Part shown: in pieces, positions 12,514-23,559 of the stretch
How the letters are laid out: each line of letters starts with the position of its first letter
Position numbering within the stretch: position 1 is the first letter of the stretch
Source: Rebecca billardiae RCC1528
Taxonomy: Eukaryota; Protista; Haptophyta
Reading direction: 5' to 3'
DNA length: 64,000 bases
Assembly: GCA_965240325.2 (NCBI GenBank)
Contig: OZ251230.1
Coordinates: 2,232,001-2,296,000, forward strand
Translations under genes and position numbers: made by a program
Notes under the pieces: model-generated
The model's input: the letters and a program-made list of their open reading frames with translations, nothing else
What the model was told of the DNA's origin: nothing
Database searches by the model: none

Positions 12514-13647
12514 ATGGCGATGAACAACGTGAAGCTGGTCGAGAAGTTCAACAAGCGCGAGCTCGCGCAGGCGATGCGCCGCGACGGCCAGTGGGACGTG
12601 AACGCCTCGTGGCACGCCAAATACAAGGACAGTGCGTACGTGTTCGCCGCGGGCTTCCCGTTCGAGATGACGGAGGGCGACCTGATCGTGGTGTTCTCGC
12701 AGTTCGGCGAGGTGGTCGACGTCAACCTCGCCCGCGACAAGGCGACGGGCAAGTCGCGCGGCTTCTGCTTCGTCGCGTACGAGGACCAGCGCTCGACGGT
12801 GCTCGCGGTCGACAACTTCAACGGCGCCAAACTGCTTGGGCGCACGCTGCGCGTGGACCACTGCGAGGACTACAACGAGGAGCAGGAGCGCGCGTCGAAG
12901 CTCGACGAGACGCGCCCCGCGGACGAGCTCACCGCGGAGGAGCGCGAGGCGGAGGAGGCGCGCGCGGCGCACAACGAGGCGGTGCGGAAAAGGCGCGAAA
13001 AGAAATCTGAATTGTTTTCGCGCGAGCGGGGCGAGCTCTCCGCCGAGGATGCGGCGGTGGCCGAGGCGGTGGCGCGCGCGGCGGAGCGGCGCGAGGCGGC
13101 GGAGCGCGAGGCGCACGCGCGCATGCGCGCGCGCATCGACGGCACGCTCTCCCGCCACCGCCAGGCCGTCGACGCCGAGCTGGCCGCCGAGGAGGAGCGC
13201 GCGCGCGAGCGCGAGGCGTGGCGCGCGCGCAAGGACGCCGAGCGCAAGCAGGCGGCGCGCGCGGCCGCGGCGATGGGCGTGGAGGCGGCGGTGGGGGCGC
13301 GCGCGAGGCCTGGCGCGGCGACGAACGCGGCGCTCGCCGGTGCCGACGCGCCGCTCGCGCCGCTGCTCCCGCCCTCGGCGCTCGGCGCCGAGCCGGGCGG
13401 CGCGGCGGCGGGCGGCGCCGCCGAGTCGGCCGAAGCGCGGTGGGAGCGGATGATGCGCGGCGGCGGCAAGAAGAAGAAGAAAAAGGACAAGGAGAAGCAC
13501 AGGGAGCGCAAGCGGCCGCGCGGCGGCGAGGGCGACAGCGACGAGGGCGGCGGCGGCGGCGGCGGCGGCGGCGCGCGGGACGCGGTCTCCGTCGAGGAGA
13601 CCAACCGCATGCGCAAGTCGCTGGGCCTGCCGCCGCTCCGCACCTGA
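12514..13647 (+). CDS. RBMX2: RBMX2/Snu17/Ist3 RES-complex RRM splicing factor with C-terminal HIND motif
   Basis: SWHAKYKDSAYVFAAGFPFEMTEGDLIVVFSQFGEVVDVNLARDKATGKSRGFCFVAYEDQRSTVLAVDNFNG is the RBMX2 signature. The protein ends VSVEETNRMRKSLGLPPLRT. Confidence 0.93.
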   Translation: MAMNNVKLVEKFNKRELAQAMRRDGQWDVNASWHAKYKDSAYVFAAGFPFEMTEGDLIVVFSQFGEVVDVNLARDKATGKSRGFCFVAYEDQRSTVLAVDNFNGAKLLGRTLRVDHCEDYNEEQERASKLDETRPADELTAEEREAEEARAAHNEAVRKRREKKSELFSRERGELSAEDAAVAEAVARAAERREAAEREAHARMRARIDGTLSRHRQAVDAELAAEEERAREREAWRARKDAERKQAARAAAAMGVEAAVGARARPGAATNAALAGADAPLAPLLPPSALGAEPGGAAAGGAAESAEARWERMMRGGGKKKKKKDKEKHRERKRPRGGEGDSDEGGGGGGGGGARDAVSVEETNRMRKSLGLPPLRT

Positions 13648-13800
13648 GCGCCGCGGCGGCCATCCTGGACCTGAGACCCGGCCTTTTTCGTCATCGCGTC
13701 GTTCGCGAAAATAATTCAAATGGCCACCGATGGCCACGTGCAGCCGGACCTAATTGCATGTCTCGATCTCGAGCCGGCGACGACCGTCTGCCGGGTCAGG

Positions 13801-14504
13801 ATGACGTCCTTCGCGCGCGTGCTGACGCTGCTCGCGGTCGCGCTCACGGGGGCGGATGCGTTTGGCGCGCGGGCCGGGTGGGTGAGCAAGGCGCACATGT
13901 CGCAGGTGCGTCGGCGCAGCGCCTCGCGCATGCCCCTCCGCCCCGCTGGCACGGGGGTGGCTTCCGCCGCTCACGCGCGCGCGAGTGGCCACCGCGCTCG
14001 CACACTGCGCGGCCGGCAGGTGGCGGACATCCGCATGCCCATGCCCGCGGCTGCGCCGAAGACGAAGACGCGCACGATCACCAAGCCGGGCGTCGCCCAG
14101 CCGGGCAAGCCGCAGCAGCAGCAGAAGACCGCCGCGGTCGTCCCGAAGCGCAAGACCGAGTCCGCCTACGTTCCGATGTGGAAGGTGCTGCTGCTTGGCG
14201 ACGAGGAGTACGAGGAGGACCCGGTGTGCGGCGTGATCGTCGAGGTGCTCCCGGATCTCGGCCCCGAAGGGGCGAGGGAAAAGTACCACGAGGCCCAGGT
14301 GGGCCTCGCCACGTGCGCCGTTGGCGCCTCGGCCGCCGGCGCACGCTCGCTCATGCGGCGCGCGCCTCTGCACGGGCGCCGCGCTGCGCGCAGGCCACCG
14401 GTGACGCGGTGCTCACCGTGGTCAACCAGGAGCACGCGGAGGCGTTCGTGTCCCAGTTCCACCGCTCCACCCCGATGGTCTTTGCTGACGCGCAGCCCGA
14501 ATGA
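13801..14504 (+). CDS. clpS: Plastid-targeted ClpS-like adaptor protein (2 introns)
   Basis: Signal peptide ending ADA-F (ASAF-type bipartite targeting). ClpS-like core MWKVLLLGDEEYEEDPVCGVIVEVLPDL...EAQ/ATGDAVLTVVNQEHAEAFVSQF. Confidence 0.75.
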
Positions 14505-15389
14505 GCGGGCACCGACGGCCGCCCTGAGGACTCTTGGCCGTGGTACGATAGTCGTACTTGTTCTCGCGCCGTCATCCGGCGACAACAACCTCCCTTCACC
14601 TTTGACATTTCTGCATCCCGTCCGATCCCGCTCAGCAGCGGCTGCCGCGTGCAGCCCTTTCCTCCCTGCCGTGCGGTCGCGGGCACGACCTGCAGGCTGG
14701 CAGCGCAGCCGCAGCAGGCGGCCGCGCGCGTCGCCACGACGAGCCCGGGAGACGACGGGTCCAGAGTCGGTCTGTCGCCTGTCGGAGTGTCGGACTCACT
14801 GTGCTGTCTCACTCGGAGGGCGGGTCGTCGGAGCGCGCGGCTCCGCGGCAGACTTGCTGATGGTGGAAGTGATGCGGCTGAGCTCGGAGTATGACGACTA
14901 CTGCTCATGCATATCTGCTGTCATAGTAGTCGTAGCACAGCATATGCTCAGCAAGCGCGCTGCGGACATCGTCAGTCTCACTGTCGTCACTGTCAAGCGG
15001 CGGGCGTGTCGCGTCGCGCGACAGCCTGAGCCGGCGAGCCGCATACGGCGTCACAGCGGCACAGCGCGTCGGGGTCGCCGGGCTTCATGGCTCGACCGCT
15101 CGTGCGCTGTCGGCCGTGGCTCGCCCCGCCGCCGGCAGCAAGAGCCCAGACGCGAGTACGATGGACGGCCGCTCATGCACGTCCAGCCCTCTTCAGGGTG
15201 GGCGGGCCGCGCGCACGTGGGCTCGGGCCGTCGGGGCTCCGAGTAGTCTGTGGAGCCCGTTGGACGTTGGTGGCTGCTGGGGTGTTCCGAGACTGCCGTG
15301 GCGTGCGGGCATGCAGCACGTGCGCAGCAGCAGCAGCGCCGGTTGCAGACGGGCGCAGTCGCCAGCGCCGCGCAGCGCCGCCGATGCGA

Positions 15390-18300
15390 TCAGGCCTCCG
15401 CCGGCGGCGCGGCCTGCGCCGGCGCCGCGCTCGCCGGCGCCGCGCCGAGCCCGCCCGGGGCGCGCACGGAGCTGGTACGATTCAGTGCCTGAGCAATCTC
15501 GTCTGCCTCGTCGCGCGCCGCGTCGGACTGCGAGCGCTCGCCGAGCGCCGCCGGCGCGGGCTCCGGGCCGTCGGCCACGCCCGCGGCGGGCGCGTGGCCC
15601 GCGGCTGCGAGCATCCTGCGCACCTCCGTGGGCGGCAGCTGGCTCAGCATCTTCACCATCTGCGCCTTGACGGCTGGCGGCGGCGCCGAGCCGGCGCCCG
15701 GGGGTCGCACCGCCACCGCCGAGCGCGCGCCCGCGGCCGAGCTCGACGCAATCGCGGGCGCGCCCGTGGTGCTCTTCGCGGCCAGCTCCTCCTCCTGCTG
15801 CTGAGACATCTGGCGCGCGACGAACGATGCGTAGAAGCGGCCGAGCGCCATCAGCTCCGAGTGCGTGCCTGCGCGCCGGAGCGCGCCGCGGCGCGCGGGT
15901 GGTGGCGTGCCGCGCGCGCGTGAGACACAGGCGCCTGCGCACGGCCCGGCGCGCCGCCGCGCCGCGCCGAGCGGCGCGGGCCCCGAGGGCGCGGCGGCGG
16001 CGTCGGCGCGCACGACGGCGCGCGCGCGCGCGCACCCGACTCGACGACCTGCCCTTGGTTCATCACGACGATGCGGTCGGCGCTCGCGATCGTCGAGAGG
16101 CGGTGCGCGATCACGATGGTCGTGCGACCGACGAGCAGCCTGCTGAGCGCGTCTCGGACGAGGTCCTCGGACTTTGCGTCGAGCGCCGACGTCGCCTCGT
16201 CCAGCACGAGGATCGGCGCGTCCTTGAGGATGGCGCGCGCGATCGCAATCCGCTGCTTCTGCCCGCCCGACACCTGCACGCCGCGCTCGCCGCAGCGCGT
16301 CGCGTACCCCTTCTCGAAGCTCTCGATGAAGTCGTGCGCGTTGGCGAGCTTGCACGCCTTGACAATCTCGGCGCGCGACGCGCCGCCGATCCGCGCGTAC
16401 GCGACGTTCTCGTGTACCGAGCGCGAGAAGAGCGTGGGCTCCTGCTCGACCCAGGCGATTTGGGAGCGGAGGAAGTCGAGCTGCAGGTCTGCGACGTTGG
16501 TGCCGTGCAGCGTCACCATCCCCCCCTGCGGGTCGTACACGCGCGAGAGCAGCCGCGCGATCGTCGATTTGCCCGAGCCGGACGGTCCGACCAGCGCAAC
16601 CGTCTGTCCGGCGGGCACCGTCAGCTCGAGGTTGTTGAAAACCTTCATGTCCGGCCGGCGCGGGTAGGCGAAGTGGACGCCGTGGAATTGCACCACGTTG
16701 CGCTCGCCGCCGCACTCGTCCGACGGGCCGATCACCTTGCCGCCCTCGCGGCTGATCGGGCACTTCCGATCGATCAGCTCGAAGAAGCGCTGCGAGCCGC
16801 CCAGCGCCGACTGCAGTCCGGTGTAGAATCCGGCGAAGCCCTTGTAGCCGCTCAGGCCCTGCGCGCGCGCGCGCGCGCGCCGCGGAGGCGGTCCGCGGAG
16901 GGAGGCCGCGCGGCGCGGAGGGGCGTCAGCCGGGCCGCGCGCAGCCGCACGCACACGGGGCGGGGCGCCACGGGCCGCGCCACCGCGCCACCGCGGCCCA
17001 GTCGGCGCTCGCGCAGGCAGCGTGCCCGGCACAGCCCGCCCCTGCGGCGCAGGCTGGCCGGCTCGGCTCAGCGCGCGCGCACAAGCCGCCCTTGGGACGG
17101 CGCTCCCAGCGCACGCGCGCCCTCCCCCGCACCCCTGCGCGCACACGCCCCGCACGCCGCTCAGCACGCTCTCCCCTTCTCCCGGGGTGCACTCGCTCGC
17201 TCGCTCGCTCGGCGCGCAGCGAGTGGGAGTGAGAGAGCGAGACGCGTGTGCCCCACGCCCGCCCGCGCCCGCCCGCCAGCGCGAACGCGCCTCGGCAGTG
17301 CGCACCCGCCAGCCCGCGTGCGCGCGCCCGCCAGCCCGCGTCCGCACGCACGCCCCCGGCAGCGCGCGCCCGCCAGCCCGCGTGCGCGCGCCCGCCAGCC
17401 CGCGTCCGCACGCACGCACCCGCCAGCGCGCGCCCGCCAGCCCGCGTCCGCGCGCGCGCCCCCGGCAGCGCCCGCGCGCCAGCCCGCGTGCGCGCGCACC
17501 ATCCCCATGTACATCTGGAAGGCGACCATCGAGCCGACGGACAGCTGGCGCGTGATCACGAGCGAGGCGCCGTAGTACATGAGCGAGAGGTTGACGCACG
17601 TGGAGAGGATGCCCGTGAGCGACGAGAACGCCGTCTTGATGTACATCACGCGCTTCGACAGCTCGATGTTGTACCGGATCCGGTCGGCATAGCGGTTGCA
17701 CTCCGCGTCCTGCTGCCCGAACATGTGCACCATGTGCACGTAGAAGATGGACTCGACGGCGATCTCGTTGGCCTTGGCGGAGGCGTCCATCGCGATGAGC
17801 GAGAAGCGGCGCATGAGCATGCCGAAGAACATCGAGGAGAACGTGATGATCGGCACGAAGATCATCGAGAACGCCGCGAGCCGCCAGCACGTGAGGAATG
17901 CGCCCACAAGCCCGCCGACCAGTGTGAACGAGTTGTTGATCACCGTGATGAAGGTGGAGGTGAGCAGGCCCTGGATCACGCCCGAGTCGGAGCCGAGGCG
18001 CGAGACGAGCTCGCCGACGCGCCGCTTCTCGAAGAACTCCATGTCCTGGTGCATCACGCGGCGGAACACGAGGTTGCGCAGCCGCTGCGTCAGCTGCATC
18101 CCGGCGAACGCAAACAGCATCCCGACGGTGAAGTTGAGCAGCGTCGACCAGATCGAGAAGACGATCATGAGCTTGAAGATGTGCCTGAAGTCGTCGAGGT
18201 TCTGCGAGACGGTGAGCACGTCCATGTACTTGCCCACGAGGTACGGCGTCGCCATCCCCACCAGCGTGCCCAGTGCCGAGAGGAGCGTCGCCGGGATGAT

Positions 18301-18759
18301 GAGCCACATCTCGGGGCCAGCCATCTGCGTGATGCGCCGCACGGTGACGAGGTTGGCCTTCACCTTGGCCTCCTCGGGCGCGAGGTCCTTCGCAATCTCC
18401 TCCATCAGCACGTACTTCTTGAACAGGAAGTGCAGCCGCACGGCGACCGCCACCGGCGTGCACGAGAGCGACGAGGACGAGGACGACGACGGCGGCGGCT
18501 CTGCCGCGCCGCCGTTCCGACGCCGCGCGGACGCGCTCCCCGACCCGTCGGACGGGTCCACGCGCGAGAAGGACGGGAACGAGGGCATGCGCGCGCTGAA
18601 GCGGCGGCCCGATCTGCTGTCGCTGCCCGGCGGAGCCGGCTCATCTGAGCGCGCCGCGCCGGACGGCAGCAGCCCGCGGCGGCCGCCGTCCGCGCGCTCG
18701 GGAGCGCCGCCCGCCTGCTGGATCACCACCTCCGGCGCGCCGTCGTCGTTGGCGGGCAT
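15390..18759 (-). CDS. ABCB-type half-size ABC transporter (TMD-NBD), 2 introns
   Basis: TMD with QDMEFFEKRRVGELVSRLGSD; Walker A GPSGSGKST; signature VSGGQKQRIAIARA; Walker B ILVLDEATSALD; H-loop IAHRLSTI. Introns at 16859-17499 and ~15868-16037. Confidence 0.93.
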
Positions 18760-19082
18760 CGCTCCTGAGCGGCCCTCGCGCGTGCCGCCGAGGCTGCAAC
18801 GCGCACGCGAGTCGCGAGCCGGGCGCCTGTGCGGTCGACCGGCAAAATGATGGCGGGCGATGACCGGCCACGCGCGGATTTGCGTGCGCACGAGGCCAGC
18901 AAGCTCAAAAGCGGGGCTCCCAAGCTCCTGTTTCGAAAGGCAAAGCGCGAAAGCCGGTTGCAACTGTCTTGATCAAAACTTTGCAAGGATCATCGGCCGA
19001 TCGAGAGAGCTTGGGATCGCTTTCAGGCTGATCCACTTGGAGCAAGTCCGGGCCTCAGGGGCCGCCCGCCGCCGTGCACGCC

Positions 19083-20196
19083 AAGGGGAGTCAGGGTACA
19101 GCACGTCCAGTTGGGCTGCAGCTGGAGCTTGGGTACAAAAGCTTCCCGCGGCGCAGCGGCACTCGCCGCCGCCGCCGCCGTCGAGGGGCGGTTGTGGCGC
19201 GCACGGCGTGAGCCGCTGCGGGCGCTGAGGTGCGCGCGACGGCGGCGCGCCCGGCGGCGCTGCTGTAGGAGGCCACTGCCCTCCTCTCTGCCCCGCGCGC
19301 TTCGCTCGTCGTCGCCGTCTCCGCGCCTGCGACTCAGCGCGCACGCGAGCGCCGCACCGCCCGGCAGCCGGGGCAATCTCAGCCGTGACTGCGCATGTGC
19401 GTCGCGACCTGGTCGGCCCAGCGCGCGAGGCGCGTGCGGGCGAGGTAGGGCCAGTATGGGCGCGCGCCATGCCGCCTCAAGTAAGCCCATCAGAGCGTAC
19501 AACAGGGAACTGAGCACGTGTGTCTGGTTGGCCGCTTGGACTGTGTTCAAGCAATGCACGGGCCATCGTCGAGGCGATCTCGAGGCACTCAGTCAAAACG
19601 TCAGTTCAGCGCGCAGACGACCTGGGCGAGAGTCGTTGACAATGTATGACTCGCATGATCACAAAAGGCTCTGCAACTATCGCGTCTGTACGCCTACTGC
19701 CTCGATCGTGCACACTGACGTCTGCGCTTGGGTGCCGCATTGTTTGTCAACGTCGTCGACAGAGGTGCAAGGCCCGCGACATGCCCACCGGCGCAAGGTC
19801 GAGGCGGCATGGCGCGCGCCCATACTGGCCCTACCTCGCCCGCACGCGCCTCGCGCGCTGGGCCGACCAGGTCGCGACGCACATGCGCAGTCACGGCTGA
19901 GATTGCCCCGGCTGCCGGGCGGTGCGGCGCTCGCGTGCGCGCTGAGTCGCAGGCGCGGAGACGGCGACGACGAGCGAAGCGCGCGGGGCAGAGAGGAGGG
20001 CAGTGGCCTCCTACAGCAGCGCCGCCGGGCGCGCCGCCGTCGCGCGCACCTCAGCGCCCGCAGCGGCTCACGCCGTGCGCGCCACAACCGCCCCTCGACG
20101 GCGGCGGCGGCGGCGAGTGCCGCTGCGCCGCGGGAAGCTTTTGTACCCAAGCTCCAGCTGCTGCCCAACTGGACGTGCTGTACCCTGACTCCCCTT
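19083..20196. mobile_element. Non-autonomous foldback element with ~396-bp TIRs and a TSD (MULE-like or P/Galileo-like)
   Basis: 19083-19478 is the near-perfect reverse complement of 19801-20196. The direct repeat GTGCACGCC flanks it at 19074-19082 and 20197-20205. Confidence 0.9.
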
Positions 20197-20300
20197 GTGC
20201 ACGCCGTGCACGCGGTGACGCGGCAAAGCTCAAAGCGGTGGGTCAGAGTTCAGACGGGATCCCTCCCTCGATCCCATCCCACCACCCCGCCCCTCCCACG

Positions 20301-23074
20301 ATGCCGGCGCCCGGGCTCGCCGCGCGGCTCCTGCTCGCCCTGTGCTGGTGCGCGCCGCGCGTGGGCTGGGCCAAGGTGATCGAGCGCCGGCTCAACGGGC
20401 CCATCTATCACTTCGGCGCGCGCGACGCCGACCTCGTCTTCATCGGCAAGTTTGCCTTCCAGTGCGTCGGCGCGTGCGGCGCTGCACACGGCAACCCGGC
20501 GTCGCGCACGCACACCGCGCACGCGCTCGAGGTGGAGGCGGGCATGCTGCGCGTCTCGGCGCACGGGCTCAAGTCGCGCGGGCAGGTCCTCGTCGCGTAC
20601 GTCTCGGAGGACCCGCGCCGCCCCGAGCGCGAGTGGTCCAACGTCTTCCGCTCGCGCAAGGCCGAGGTGATGTCGTGCGCCGACAAGCTCGCGCTAGCAG
20701 AGTACCGCTTCGAGCTCACGCCGCCCGCGCCGAACGCGAGCGGCGGCGCGCGCGGCGCGGAGCACGGCACGCACGACTTCGCCCTGCAGCACGACGTCGA
20801 GGCCACGCGGTACGTCGAGCTCGCCGACCGGCCGCAGTTTTACTACTTTGCGGCGCTCAACTGCGCCGAGCGCGAGCTGCATGCGTATGTGCAGCTTCGG
20901 CTGTCCAACCCGGGCGGCGCGTTCAGCCAGCACTTCTCGTACGAGGACCAGGGGCTGCTCGAGCTCGAGATCTGGAGGTGCGCGCGACGCCGCCACGCGC
21001 GGCCACGCCGCGGCGGCCGGCTGCTGCGGTCGCCGCGCGCGCGCCGCGCCGCCGCGCGCTGCGGCGCTCGGCACGCGACACGCGCCGCGCGCGCGCCGCG
21101 CGCGCCGCGCCGCGCGCAGCCTGGCGTACTCGCTGGCCCTGGCCCTCGGCGCGGCCGAGGGGGTGCTCCGGCTGCTCACCGCGCGCGTCGAGCATCCGCC
21201 GCTCATGATCCTCAACAACGCCCTCTGGGTCCTCGTGTTCGCCCACGCACTTGCCGTCTGTTTCTATGGCAGTTACGCGACGCACGGCCATGCGCCTGAG
21301 GTGCTGCTGATGTGGTCAGAGATGTGCGCGCGCGTGCGCGTGCGCGGCGTGCGCGGGGGTGCGGCGAGGCCAGGCGCGGGCGTGGGCGGGCTGTGCGCGC
21401 GCAGCCGCCGTCGTGGCCCCCCGCCTGGGCGCATGAGCCCACGCGCCCTCCCCCCCCCGCACCGCGCGCCGCCACCCCCGCCCGCGCGCGCGTGTGCGCG
21501 ACGCACACTACACACATTTTCGTCTCATTTATTCTTCGCTCGAATGCATGCTTCGATCCTCAACTCATGTGTGCCACGCAGGCTGTACATCTCGTGCGAT
21601 CTGATCGTCATGATCTCGGCGGTGCTCCTCGCGCGCGGCTGGCGCGTCACCGCGCTCGACTTTGCGCGGCGCGAGCGCGGTCTACTACTCGGCCTTAGCG
21701 CCTTGTACGTGTGCGCGTACGCACTCGTTGCGTGCTACGATCTCGTCTCGCGAGATCCAACGGCCGACGTGTACCCGCTGCTGACCAAGGGTGCGCGCGG
21801 AGAGCGCGCGGGCGGGGCCAGCGGCGCGCGGCGGGCCCGGCCCTCGCGCGCGTGTGCGAGCGCTCACCCCGCGCCCCCTCTCCGCCGCGCGCACGCTGGG
21901 CCCGGCCGTGCGCCGCGCCCGCGGCCACGCCCCGCGCGCGCGGCTGGCTGGCCGGCGCGCGGCCGCAGGCGCGCTGTGGCTGCTCGTCGCACGCGTGGCG
22001 CTCTTCGCGCTGTGCGCGACGTACGCGCTGCGCTCGCGCGCGCACGAGGCGGTCGAGTCGAAGCGCGCGTTCTACGCGCGACTGCTGCTCTTCGCAGCCG
22101 CGTGGTTCGGCACACTGCCGGCCTCAACTTTGATCGCCCTTTGCGGCCGGCCGTGGGCGCGGCGGTTCAACGCGCTGGGCACGCTGTACCTGCTGACGCA
22201 CCTGCTGCTCACACTCGCGGTGTACGCGCTGCGGCCGAGGCAGGCCAAGGCGCTCTTCATGCTCACGCGGCAGTCGGCTGAGCTCGACGGCTTGCTGCCC
22301 GACTCCGCCCCCGGCCGGCGGCGCGCGCGCGCGCCGTCGGGAACGGCGGTTTCAGACTCTGAGCCATTCGGTGGGCGCGCGGCGGCGCGCACGCACGACG
22401 AGGGCTGGGAGCATCTCGGCGCCGGAGGAGGCGGGTACGGCGGCGGGCACGGCGACGGCGAGGAGGGCGAGGGCGAGCACGCGCGGCCGCGCACGCCCGA
22501 GCCGCAACTGCACGCCGCCGCGGGCGCTTGGACGCGCGTCGACGGAGCTCACGCTCTGGAGCACGGCGGCAGCGGCCGCGCGCCGGCCGACGGCGGCGGC
22601 GCTCGGTGGGCTGAGCCGGAGCGCGCGCAGCGCCGAGCTGAGGGCGCCGAGCACAGCCCGCGCCGAGGGGGCGGCGCGCCGCGCCAGGCTGCCGTGGAGA
22701 TGGCGGGCCTTGCGCACGGCGCGGCGTGCGGCGCTCGGACGCGCCGCGACGACGTCGGCGAGGGCGAGCACTCCCGCGGGGCGGGCGGCAGCGCCCGGCC
22801 CCCTGCTGCCACCTGCGACCCGTCAAGCGCTGGCGGCATGGTGATGGACGGCCGCCGTCGGGACGGCTCTGAGGCCGAGCAGTCTCGCCTCGACCGAGCG
22901 CGAATCGTGCACGCCCCCGACGCCCCCGACGCCCCCAGCGCTGCGTGCAGGGAGCGCCTGGCGGGTGCGTCCGAGTCGAGGGCGAGGGGCGTACGTCCTC
23001 GGCAGGCTGCTGTTCAAGGAAGCGGCGGCGCCGATCTCGATGAGGCGGCTGATGACGACGACAGCATGTTGTAG
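20301..23074 (+). CDS. GPR180/TMEM145-like (GOST) seven-TM protein, multi-exon
   Basis: Signal peptide, LVFIGKFAF, RPQFYYFAALNC and HFSYEDQGLLE motifs, then TM exons (VLLARGWRVT). Confidence 0.75.
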
Positions 23075-23283
23075 CCGGCGGTCTACGTCTCAGAGCATGG
23101 TCCGCTTGGTTGACTTCGGCTCGGGGCCAAGAGTCTTGGCCAAGAGTGAGGCAAGTCGCAAGACCGCCAAGACGACCAAGCAGATGTATCAACTGCGACG
23201 CGGAGCTCCGACTGACCGACTAGTCCGAGCTGGGCCTGGGGGGCGGGGTGGACCGGCCGCCGGAGCCTAGTAGCAGTCGTCGT

Positions 23284-23284
<1 letters not shown>

Positions 23285-23316
<32 letters not shown>

Positions 23317-23345
23317 CTATATATATATATATAGCTTATATATAG
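23285..23345. repeat. (TA)n microsatellite
   Basis: Read directly from the sequence. Confidence 0.9.
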
Positions 23346-23559
23346 ACTGAGTGATGACGCGACGCGATGTACAGAGTCGTCCCGCGCCCGCCTCCGCCCG
23401 GGTTCCGCCCGCGGCGGACCGGAATAATATCCGGCGGAGCAGTCTGGCGGCGGAGGCAGGGCGCAGAGCCAGACGGCCGGCCGCGCTGAGCGCAGGCGAC
23501 GCAGCAGGGCGGAGCCGGAGACCGGAGTGCGGGTGTCCACCGCGTGACGCCGCCGGCCG

